From NCBI GenBank assembly GCA_964596985.1, contig CAZQWG010000009.1:28799-92798 (forward strand): a stretch of 64,000 bases of DNA, written 5' to 3'. Position 1 is the stretch's first letter. Every line of letters starts with the position of its first letter. The DNA comes from an uncultured Candidatus Bathyarchaeia archaeon. GTDB lineage: Archaea; Thermoproteota; Bathyarchaeia; RBG-16-48-13; GCA-020345945. The position numbers and the translations under genes are program-made. Of the stretch, positions 1-7,581 are shown piece after piece. Under the pieces are notes generated by a model. The model worked only from the letters and a program-made list of their open reading frames with translations, was not told where the DNA came from and made no database searches.

Positions 1-735
1 GGAAGAGACTCCTGAAGTCAGGGAGAGTACGATGGCGGCAGTCCACGAAGAACCCATTGTTGCAACAGTTGCCGTTTGAGACCAGTCTCTAGTAATGTTT
101 GTTAGATTGAGTACCGGGAGAAGAACAGCGATCAATGCTAGTGTGCTCGAGCAAGTAACAGATAGAGCCTTCACTTTGAAGAGCAGACTTCTTATCTTCA
201 TGACCCTTTCGGTTCTTAGTTCTCGGTTCCTCTGAATCCTCTCTAGTGATACTAACAATGTTTGACCTGCTTTCATAGAGTTCTCGTCGAGTGTATCCGT
301 AATGGATGAGAGAATTCTCTTCTCGCCTTCGCTGCTTACATGCTCTATTAGAGAGAAAAGGGCATCTGAAAGAGGTCGTCCGTTCTCGATAGCCATTTCT
401 ATTTGACATGCAAACTGTGACCTCTCCAACGTGGGGTGGGTGTGTAGGTGGATCGCGCGCTCAGGTGAAAGCCCCTCTTGAAGTCCGTTTGACAACCGGT
501 ATAAGGTGGGTTCGACTGTAGCTTCGACTTTCCTGTTCGCCTTTTGTAACTTTAGTTTGGCGAATACTGATTCGAGGAAGGCGTAGGAAACCAGGGATGC
601 TGCAATAGGAATCAATGCCGGGGTTCTTGTGACGTAGGATACGGCGATTCCAATAAGGAATCCTACTCCGATCTTCTTCGCAATCTCCAATTTCCTTGGT
701 AGATCTCGATCTACCAAAGCAGATCTATTCCCCAT
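1..735 (-). CDS. T2SSF-domain polytopic membrane protein (TadC/FlaJ-like pilus platform); 3' end cut by window edge
   Basis: Missing from the ORF track because it runs off the window. The reverse frame ending at nt 1 is open from ATG 735..733 (MGNRSALVDRDLPRKLEIAKKIGVGFLIGIAVSYV...GLSPERAIHLHTHPTLERSQFACQIEMAIENGRPLSDALFSLIEHV...LALIAVLLPVLN). Hydrophobic helices flank a soluble helical core, as in GspF/TadC/FlaJ domains. It overlaps the upstream paralogue by 25 nt. The listed ORF 89..409 is another frame of the same DNA. Confidence 0.6.
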   Translation of the reverse strand, partial: MGNRSALVDRDLPRKLEIAKKIGVGFLIGIAVSYVTRTPALIPIAASLVSYAFLESVFAKLKLQKANRKVEATVEPTLYRLSNGLQEGLSPERAIHLHTHPTLERSQFACQIEMAIENGRPLSDALFSLIEHVSSEGEKRILSSITDTLDENSMKAGQTLLVSLERIQRNRELRTERVMKIRSLLFKVKALSVTCSSTLALIAVLLPVLNLTNITRDWSQTATVATMGSSWTAAIVLSLTSGVSS

Positions 736-1499
736 CGTGCGATCTTGGTCTGTGCTAAATCCATCAAGCAAAGGTGAACGGGTACGAGAAGGAAGATCAG
801 TGGCGATTGGGCGAAGCCAAGCATAGTAGCACTGATTATTGCCACGGTGGGAACAAAGAAGTCGATAGCAAATATTACTGTGATCCTGCTTTCCATCTGG
901 GCAGTGTAGCTCTCAAAATGCCGTCTCATTTCACGTTCAGTAGTCTCCACTATCTCTTGCATCGGTAGTCCATGATACAGTCCTCTACTCATCATCCTCC
1001 TGATTGCTGTACTCAAGGTTCTCGAAGGAAGAGAATTCGAGAATCCTAGGATCAGGTCTTCGGGATCTTCCCCGTTCTCGATTCTTCTTGCTATCTTCCT
1101 GAATTTTACAGAGATCCTCGGTATTCCTTGTCTACCTACGGAGGTTACTGCCTTGAGGATCGACTCTGAGGCTGTCAAGCTGGTCGTAAACGTCTCTAGG
1201 AATAGAGACCCACACCTTTCGACTTCAAGCTTTTCCTCCGCGAGCCTCTTCGGAAGCCTTCTGAGGAGTGTAGAAAGAACGGCGAAGAAAGTAGCTGCTC
1301 CTAGAGTGATTCCCAGAAGCGGATGTAAGATGAAGATTGAGGACCCGATTGTAAGTCCTAAGATCAAAGACTTGTCGATGCTGGTGTGTACGATCTCCCT
1401 CTTGTCGATGCCATAGTATTTTGCTGCTTCCGCTAATGATTCCCCCACCAAGATCTTTTCGATCCTAATGGCGAATCTGATATGATTCTGCCTGTCCAC
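711..1499 (-). CDS. T2SSF-domain membrane protein (TadB/FlaJ-like pilus platform, half-size)
   Basis: 262 aa. TM helices (LILGLTIGSSIFILHPLLGITLGAATFFAVL; VIFAIDFFVPTVAIISATMLGF) flank a cytoplasmic helical domain. It lies directly downstream of the secretion ATPase. Confidence 0.6.
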   Translation of the reverse strand: MDRQNHIRFAIRIEKILVGESLAEAAKYYGIDKREIVHTSIDKSLILGLTIGSSIFILHPLLGITLGAATFFAVLSTLLRRLPKRLAEEKLEVERCGSLFLETFTTSLTASESILKAVTSVGRQGIPRISVKFRKIARRIENGEDPEDLILGFSNSLPSRTLSTAIRRMMSRGLYHGLPMQEIVETTEREMRRHFESYTAQMESRITVIFAIDFFVPTVAIISATMLGFAQSPLIFLLVPVHLCLMDLAQTKIARWGIDLLW

Positions 1500-1526
1500 G
1501 GTTTACTCGCTCTTCGGTGGCTGTGT

Positions 1527-3803
1527 CTACTCCAAACTTTCTATCATGTTGTGTAAAGTCTCTTCATTTTGGGATCTGAACAGCTCGCCTCTTTCTCTGA
1601 GGATATTGACTCGATGAAAGATCTCCACATTTTTCTCTATCTCAAACGTCTCTCTCTCGCTGAGGTGTTCAAATATTGTCTTGTAGAGTTTAAGCTCGAC
1701 TTCAAAGGATCTCTTGTCGATCTTTTCGTAATCTCTAATCTTCCCAACCGTACGCGAATTCCAGGGATCGTTTATCAGCATGAGTCTCTGTTTTTCCGGG
1801 TTCCAAGCGAATATGCTGCAGATCGAAATATCGGACAGAGTGAAGGTATGATTCGTTGTCCTTGGGTGGTTCATAGTGTTGGCTCCTATCTCACATATTT
1901 GAACAACTCTCCTCGATTTCTCTTCTCCAAAATTCAGTTTCTTGATGTGTACAATAGTATCCAAGTCGTTTAGACAAGTGAGAGGTATACCGTGATGGGA
2001 AACCCATCTGTGAACCGCCTCCTTAGGGGAAGCTGCATGAGTGGTTTGAAGACCCCGGAGACCTGCTGACAGCGCATGGAACATGGCCTTTGTGTGCTCA
2101 GAGGTCTGTATCTCTCCTAGGTATATCCAATCTGGGGCTCGGTGGAGCAACTTGATTATCTCACTTTCTTTGCTCCTCAAGTATTTCGTCCTGGACTCGA
2201 AAGGGTGTACCTTGAATCTTGTTTGATGCTTCCCATACTTGGTTTGATCGACGCTTTCTATGGTGTCTTCTATGGTGATTTTTCTCCAGCTCTTCGGTGT
2301 CAACAGATCGAGAGCGTTTATTAGCGTCGTTTTTCCTGATCCGGGTTCTCCGATCACCGTGATGTTTCGTTGTCTAGAGAGTAAAAAGAACAAGTAAGCG
2401 GCTGCGATTGGTGTCAGCGTTCTGTTCTTGATGAGTTCTGGAAGGGTGAATTCTCTTTTTCGCAGTTTTCTTATGTCGAGAGAGAATCCTCCTGCAGCTA
2501 GAGGTGCGATGTCTATTGAGAACCTTGTCCGGAAGTCTTTGGTGATGAGGTCAGTCTTGATGGATGGATTTGACAAGTCGAGCCTTAACCCACTCTCAAT
2601 CCTGACTCTGGTTTTCAGCGTCTTCACCTCGCAGGCTGTCAACTTCGTTGATGTAGAACACCTACCCCACTTTCGGTGGTCTATGAACAGTTCGGTCTCG
2701 GGGTTGTCTAGGAAGATCTCTTCCACTTTGTCGTCCAGAAGATATGGTAACACTTTGGTCATGTTAAGGGAGTGATAGGTCGAGATCAATGCGATTCTTG
2801 CTTTCTCTCCCTCAGATACTTTCAGACCATGTGTCTCCAGATCATAGAGTGCGTTATGAAATCTTTCCTCCACTAGCTCCGAAAAGCTCTGAGCCCTTAC
2901 CTGCCCCACTCTGCTTCTTAATTTCCTTGAGATCTCTTCGGCCAGATCGAGTTCGAATCCATTCAAGGTCACATTTGGACAATAGAACCTCTCTCCATAA
3001 AGTGGAATGGGATCAATGATGTCGACTCTATGGGTTAGAATCTTGTACGAGTCTAGTAGTCTGCCCGATAACTCTCTATCAACTAGTTGTATCGGAGGAG
3101 GAGCAAAAATCTCGTATTCTGCGGTAAGTGTATCCGTCTGGCTCCATTGGGAGGGCCGATTGTCGAGTTTTGGTTTCAAAGATTCTGGTCTATCCCTAAA
3201 TTTCTTGAACAGGATCTTCTCTAGCTCTCGTTTCAGTTTCATTATTACAGATGTGCATTGATTGCATTGCATTCGAGCGTTCTTCTCGTCAGCTTTTATT
3301 GTATTGTCTATCGCTAATCTGTCGTGAAATACGAATCCTGGGGTGTAAGCGAATCCTAGAACTGGATCTACAGAGAAGAGTTTTTGGCTGGTCTCCCATA
3401 GCTGTTGTAAGCATTCGTCTCTACTTTTGCATATTCGACTTGTACAGGACTCGAGTTGAGCCGTCAGGTATGTCTTGCATTTTCTTACTCTGTAGGAATG
3501 TTTTCTTAGTCGCTCCACTTGTTCTTTTGGATACCTCCAAGTTCTCTCTGGTGTTCTGATCGTAATCGACTGAGCTTCCTCATGGAAACCGAGAAATAGG
3601 GCACAGAGAGCAAAACATCTTCCATTCTTGAAGATATTTCCTAAATGGTTTCGGCAAGGATCGCCCATCCTACAAGTTATAATAATCTCTTTGGGTTCTC
3701 CCTGGTTCTCTGCTGGCCCCAGTATCCGAATCTCAGCCCCACAACTGGGGCTGAGAACTTTTGTGTATCTTCTATTCAGTTTGTTCTTCGCAGTCCGCAT
3801 CAT
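1527..3803 (-). CDS. Type II/IV secretion-family ATPase (FlaI/TadA/PilB-like filament assembly ATPase) with long Cys-rich N-terminal extension
   Basis: 758 aa. Walker A VIGEPGSGKTTLINALDLL, Walker B-like DWIYLGEIQ and a His-box-like LQTTHA. The C-terminal ~500 aa look like an archaeal FlaI/TadA layout. The first ~240 aa are extra. Confidence 0.85.
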   Translation of the reverse strand: MMRTAKNKLNRRYTKVLSPSCGAEIRILGPAENQGEPKEIIITCRMGDPCRNHLGNIFKNGRCFALCALFLGFHEEAQSITIRTPERTWRYPKEQVERLRKHSYRVRKCKTYLTAQLESCTSRICKSRDECLQQLWETSQKLFSVDPVLGFAYTPGFVFHDRLAIDNTIKADEKNARMQCNQCTSVIMKLKRELEKILFKKFRDRPESLKPKLDNRPSQWSQTDTLTAEYEIFAPPPIQLVDRELSGRLLDSYKILTHRVDIIDPIPLYGERFYCPNVTLNGFELDLAEEISRKLRSRVGQVRAQSFSELVEERFHNALYDLETHGLKVSEGEKARIALISTYHSLNMTKVLPYLLDDKVEEIFLDNPETELFIDHRKWGRCSTSTKLTACEVKTLKTRVRIESGLRLDLSNPSIKTDLITKDFRTRFSIDIAPLAAGGFSLDIRKLRKREFTLPELIKNRTLTPIAAAYLFFLLSRQRNITVIGEPGSGKTTLINALDLLTPKSWRKITIEDTIESVDQTKYGKHQTRFKVHPFESRTKYLRSKESEIIKLLHRAPDWIYLGEIQTSEHTKAMFHALSAGLRGLQTTHAASPKEAVHRWVSHHGIPLTCLNDLDTIVHIKKLNFGEEKSRRVVQICEIGANTMNHPRTTNHTFTLSDISICSIFAWNPEKQRLMLINDPWNSRTVGKIRDYEKIDKRSFEVELKLYKTIFEHLSERETFEIEKNVEIFHRVNILRERGELFRSQNEETLHNMIESLE

Positions 3804-4189
3804 CCTCCTCCCGCTTTGATCTCTTCGACAATCGATGACCGCTGTCGGTGTGTCTCTTCGTCCATTAATGTAACTTTCTTGTGAAGCCTGTGAAGATTCA
3901 ATCTCAATTGGCTTAACATCTCCTCAAGTTCTATTACCTTCTTTAAATAGAAACATGCGTTGCAGGACGAGGACTCTGAGGGTTTCCTATCGACTCGCCT
4001 TATTCCCTCGGTGTAGTTTGTCGTCTCTCTATTCGCGCGAACGTGGATACTTCCCTTTGTTTCGACTAGTCGGCGAACACTCTGGGGTTGAAATCCTAGA
4101 ATCTCAAGAGTCATGGCAATCTTTGTGATCGCGATATCACTCTGGTGCATTGCATCGACCAATGCCTTCACGGTCTTTGTGACTCTCAT
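3800..4189 (-). CDS. Small hypothetical protein, possible HTH, first gene of the ATPase operon
   Basis: 129 aa. Its stop overlaps the ATPase start by 4 nt (ATGA), suggesting translational coupling. ITKIAMTLEILGFQPQSVRRLV is HTH-like. No family recognised. Confidence 0.45.
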   Translation of the reverse strand: MRVTKTVKALVDAMHQSDIAITKIAMTLEILGFQPQSVRRLVETKGSIHVRANRETTNYTEGIRRVDRKPSESSSCNACFYLKKVIELEEMLSQLRLNLHRLHKKVTLMDEETHRQRSSIVEEIKAGGG

Positions 4190-4388
4190 CCTGGTTTTTC
4201 CTCTCTACCCAAAGTGTTGGTTCAAACTCCGGACGGATAGAAATCTCCCTGGTTGGGAGATTATCTCTTGCTATACAGTTCAGACCATTACTCTCGTCTC
4301 TCATGTAGACCCGTCGTTGTGTATGATCTGTTCGTCTCGAAGCAGCCAAGCTTTTCCTAGATACCCGGTTTTCGGTTATGGGGAGGGG

Positions 4389-4396
4389 CTTAAATG
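4389..4396 (+). promoter_or_regulatory. Candidate TATA box (CTTAAATG) for the peptidase/pilin operon
   Basis: An A/T-rich octamer ~30 nt upstream of the proposed TTG start at 4425. This spacing fits a leaderless or near-leaderless archaeal transcript. Confidence 0.3.
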
Positions 4397-4424
4397 TGCC
4401 CCTAAAGACTCTCTTCCGATCGGC

Positions 4425-5084
4425 TTGTTGGCTATAGATCAAGTGCTTCTCGGGATTACGGTCGCGTTCTCCGCATATTCTTCGTATCTTGATTGGAGAA
4501 CTCTCACCTATCCCCCGACGTTAGCATTGGCCATGTTGTGGTTGGGTCTAGTATCAACCACCTTGAGATCGGCTCTTGCTATTAGATCCCTTACCTTCCC
4601 CCTTGTATTCCCTTTGGACCTATTATTCGCCTTGACGTGCCCTCTCTTCCTAAAGGAAATGAGAGTTATGGCTGAAGGTGACCTATCGTACTTCTACTCG
4701 CTATGCCTATGCTTTCCAAGATATCCGTACAGACTTGTCTATTCTCTCTCACGATACTTCCAGATCTCGACTAGAGTGTCTTGCAATACATCCCTTGCTT
4801 GGGTACTTCTTGTCAACTCTTTCCTGTTAACTCCTCACATGCTTGCTCTCCGAGTCATCGCTAAGGGCAGAATACTACCCTGCTTGAAAGCACTCTACGT
4901 ACTATTCTCTGTTCTAGGGTTCGTGTCGATGAACCTGTTGATGCTTGTAATTGCGCCCCTCCTTCTCACTCATCACCTAAACGAAGATTCTCCAAGCGCT
5001 GAACCGTTTCCCATGATCCCTTGTCTCTTCGTATCCTTGATGGCATCTCTGACTTTTGGAGATCTCTTCTTGATTCTCTCGTAG
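4425..5084 (+). CDS. Probable class III signal (prepilin/preflagellin) peptidase, A24B-like (PibD/FlaK-like)
   Basis: This is the C-terminal two-thirds of track ORF 4113..5084, and the opposite strand is full of stops. It is polytopic. The first Asp context YSSYLDWRTLTYPP and second Asp context MAEGDLSYFYSLCLCFP resemble my recollection of the PibD/FlaK catalytic Asp contexts (unverified; no alignment was run). The two Asp are ~63 aa apart. A TTG at 4425 puts the first Asp at residue 23. The start is uncertain (GTG 4443 is also possible). Confidence 0.45.
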   Translation: MLAIDQVLLGITVAFSAYSSYLDWRTLTYPPTLALAMLWLGLVSTTLRSALAIRSLTFPLVFPLDLLFALTCPLFLKEMRVMAEGDLSYFYSLCLCFPRYPYRLVYSLSRYFQISTRVSCNTSLAWVLLVNSFLLTPHMLALRVIAKGRILPCLKALYVLFSVLGFVSMNLLMLVIAPLLLTHHLNEDSPSAEPFPMIPCLFVSLMASLTFGDLFLILS

Positions 5085-5094
5085 GCGTGATCCG

Positions 5095-5493
5095 ATGACC
5101 GAATTGCTTGAGAAATATACCGCTATGGTCCTGAGTGTGATCATCCTCGTATCATTTGCAAACCCGATTCTGGAGGATGGAGGAGTGCTTGTAGTTGATT
5201 GTTCTCGTGCAGTTCTCGTCAAGGTTCTTCTGGATGAAATCGACTTTGGGGTTTCAGAGTCTCTTAGAACGAGCCGACCCTACGAAAGTGTTGTTCGGAT
5301 CCCATCAGATATACGTGTAAAATGTGAGGGGTGTCAGCTCGTCATATCCTTTTCTGCTTTCAAGAGAAAAGTCGTTCTCTTCCGAAACTATCCTAAGCGA
5401 ATTCAACTTCTCCCTCCAACTGCTAATGGTAATCATCTCCTTCGCATCACTAGTGTCGACGATGTCATTCTAGTCTCCTTTAGGGTGGTCTGA
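5095..5493 (+). CDS. Pilin-like protein 1 (N-terminal hydrophobic helix)
   Basis: 132 aa. MTELLEKYTA-MVLSVIILVSFANPIL is followed by a soluble domain. It starts 10 nt after the peptidase stop. Confidence 0.5.
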   Translation: MTELLEKYTAMVLSVIILVSFANPILEDGGVLVVDCSRAVLVKVLLDEIDFGVSESLRTSRPYESVVRIPSDIRVKCEGCQLVISFSAFKRKVVLFRNYPKRIQLLPPTANGNHLLRITSVDDVILVSFRVV

Positions 5494-5877
5494 TTGCCAA
5501 GTGAGCTTCTCGATTTTACTGGAGAAATGGTGGTCTGGTTAATTCTGGGAGCGGTCTTGTTTGCACAAGTTTCTAATCTAGGCTCAGAAACGTTTCATGT
5601 CTCCTCTCAAGCAGCTCTTGCCACAATCGCAAGACATGTCGCTGTCACAATAAATGTTGTAGGATCTCGAAGGGTCGAGATTCGACTAGTTCTTCCGAGA
5701 ATGAGCATTGTCGGAGTCTACAAGATCATTGTTTCTGGGAATAGGGTTCTTGTAGAGTCGAGTCGAGACTCCGTCTCGTGTCTGGCTCTCTATCCTTGTG
5801 TCCCCCAGACTCTTGAATTAAACTGCCACTATCTTGTACGTTTCTCCGGAAGTCAAGTTGTCTTCGAAGAAGTTTGA
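5494..5877 (+). CDS. Pilin-like protein 2 (class III signal-like N-terminus)
   Basis: 127 aa, TTG start abutting the previous stop. N-terminus LLDFTG-EMVVWLILGAVLFAQV. Confidence 0.5.
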   Translation: MPSELLDFTGEMVVWLILGAVLFAQVSNLGSETFHVSSQAALATIARHVAVTINVVGSRRVEIRLVLPRMSIVGVYKIIVSGNRVLVESSRDSVSCLALYPCVPQTLELNCHYLVRFSGSQVVFEEV

Positions 5878-5883
5878 CGTACC

Positions 5884-6261
5884 ATGAAAGCAGGAATCTT
5901 AGATCTCTCTTTCTCCATACCAGTCTTTCTGATCGTAGTCTTACTCTCGGTGGTTGGTTTCAGTGTATGGTCTAGGTATAGCCGAAATCTAGGAATATCA
6001 AGTACTGAGGGAGAAATCGTTGACCGCTTCCAGTTCGTTCTGGGGCATGTTGGCTATATTGATCCCTGTTCAGGCAACGCGTATCCTATCATCAATCTTT
6101 CTCTGACGACTAGAACCCATTTTACGTTCTACATCGATTCGATAAACGCTGGTGAGCCTGACTACCTATTCCTCTTTCCAATATTTCTCTTCTTAGACAA
6201 CGGGTTTAGACTAGCCTTCATAGGGGTAGGAGAAGATGCAGGCTTCTTTATCGGCTATTGA
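5884..6261 (+). CDS. Pilin-like protein 3 (class III signal-like N-terminus)
   Basis: 125 aa. MKAG-ILDLSFSIPVFLIVVLLSVVGF is a short basic head, then G, then a ~22-aa hydrophobic helix. Confidence 0.5.
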   Translation: MKAGILDLSFSIPVFLIVVLLSVVGFSVWSRYSRNLGISSTEGEIVDRFQFVLGHVGYIDPCSGNAYPIINLSLTTRTHFTFYIDSINAGEPDYLFLFPIFLFLDNGFRLAFIGVGEDAGFFIGY

Positions 6262-6646
6262 CTCGATAATGGCATTGACTCTGACGCTTTTACTTCTCTC
6301 TGTGCTCTGTATTCAGATGCCCCGTGAAGTACAGCTGAATGTAGAGGCTCGAGTAGCATACTACCAAAAAGTCGCCGATCAGATTCTACTCAACTCGGCA
6401 ATGAACGGTTATATCAAGAATCTGGTTGACTCTTTTGAACTCGGAGAGATCCTAGATCCGATCTTGGAGAGAATGTTGCTCCTCTGTCCAAAAAGACTTA
6501 CTTGTTTGTTGGAGGTTGAAAGCCCTCAAGGTTCGATTCTCTGCTCGAAGGGTCAAACTCCGATTCCACCTTACGGAGTCAGTAACTACTTTGCTACCTC
6601 ATATCTAGGTCTGCTGAAGATTGTCTGCAGGGTTGGTCCCCCATGA
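6236..6646 (+). CDS. Pilin-like protein 4
   Basis: 136 aa. MQASLSAIDSIMALTLTLLLLSVLC. Overlaps the previous ORF by 26 nt. An alternative ATG at 6269 removes the overlap. Confidence 0.45.
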   Translation: MQASLSAIDSIMALTLTLLLLSVLCIQMPREVQLNVEARVAYYQKVADQILLNSAMNGYIKNLVDSFELGEILDPILERMLLLCPKRLTCLLEVESPQGSILCSKGQTPIPPYGVSNYFATSYLGLLKIVCRVGPP

Positions 6647-7581
6647 GTAAGAATGCCTTTCTTTGGTCAGGGGCAGTCATCTATCTATGCCTGATTCTCT
6701 TGACCTTTTCTTTCTCACAATATGGAATAACGAGTATTGTCAGCAAGTCGGCTGATACACGTGCAATCGCAGATCGGCTATACAAGACCTCCTATAACCT
6801 GCTTTTTGATTTGAATCTCTACCTGTCAAGGGAACTAGGGAGAGTGGCGAGCGAGATATGTGATCGCGGAGGAGATCCACGAGATCTCGGTTTCGGTCTT
6901 TATGTCGATCCTTGGCTTGGATCTGTTGATTCATGGCTGAACGAAGAGGGGTTCTCGTCCACCGTCTCTGTTCGAGAGCTTCGATTATACCCTCATAAAA
7001 ACGGGGATTCTCGTGATTTGGTTCAACTACATCAGCTTGGATTGCCGAAGGAGTACCAGCACTATGAAGGTGCTATAAATATTGACGCTCTGCTGACCAT
7101 CTCTTTAGGAGACACCCGAACTGGGGTCTCGCGTAGTACAGAGTTTTATATTCGTTCACTGTGCCCGATTAGGATCTTTCTGCTCTCTGATCTCTCTCAC
7201 TCATTTATTGGCGAGGTAGCTGAATCTGTGGAGGCATGGATGGAAGGAAGAGATGCCGAGGACCTTGCAGAGAACATATCTAGAGGTATCGTCGATTGCG
7301 CCAAAAGCTTCTTGTGGAGATTGCGTGGAGAACTATTCCAGGGGAGAATCGAGTATCATGTTTATGCTGAGCGATTCCAAGGGTCGCTATTCGAGGTTTC
7401 AATTATCCTACGCTTGATCGAACTCACCGATATGGGAGAGTTCTCATTCATTATCTCCGATTCCTTGTCTCATCGTGTTTCCTATCGTCTCCGAGATATC
7501 AGGATGGGATTCAGGTGTAGGCTAGAACCCTCTTCCGATGGATGCGACTCCGGAGAGTGCGAAGGTGTGGTCTGTTCGTAA
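6643..7581 (+). CDS. Large pilin-like / pilus-associated protein with N-terminal anchor helix
   Basis: 312 aa. MSKNA-FLWSGAVIYLCLILLTFSF. 4-nt start/stop overlap with the previous ORF. Cys-rich C-terminal tail (SSDGCDSGECEGVVCS). Confidence 0.5.
   Translation: MSKNAFLWSGAVIYLCLILLTFSFSQYGITSIVSKSADTRAIADRLYKTSYNLLFDLNLYLSRELGRVASEICDRGGDPRDLGFGLYVDPWLGSVDSWLNEEGFSSTVSVRELRLYPHKNGDSRDLVQLHQLGLPKEYQHYEGAINIDALLTISLGDTRTGVSRSTEFYIRSLCPIRIFLLSDLSHSFIGEVAESVEAWMEGRDAEDLAENISRGIVDCAKSFLWRLRGELFQGRIEYHVYAERFQGSLFEVSIILRLIELTDMGEFSFIISDSLSHRVSYRLRDIRMGFRCRLEPSSDGCDSGECEGVVCS

Noticed and set aside
89-409. 106-aa ORF from the track on the minus strand
   Set aside because: It is an alternative frame of the same DNA that encodes the T2SSF-like membrane protein (reverse frame open from 735 to the window edge). 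Its translation is basic, low-complexity and not protein-like.
4137-4442. 101-aa Arg-rich ORF on the minus strand between the two pilus operons
   Set aside because: It overlaps the start of the 3800..4189 gene by 53 nt and the proposed peptidase start. Its composition (R/S/T-rich) is typical of a chance ORF in a promoter region, and no motif was recognised.
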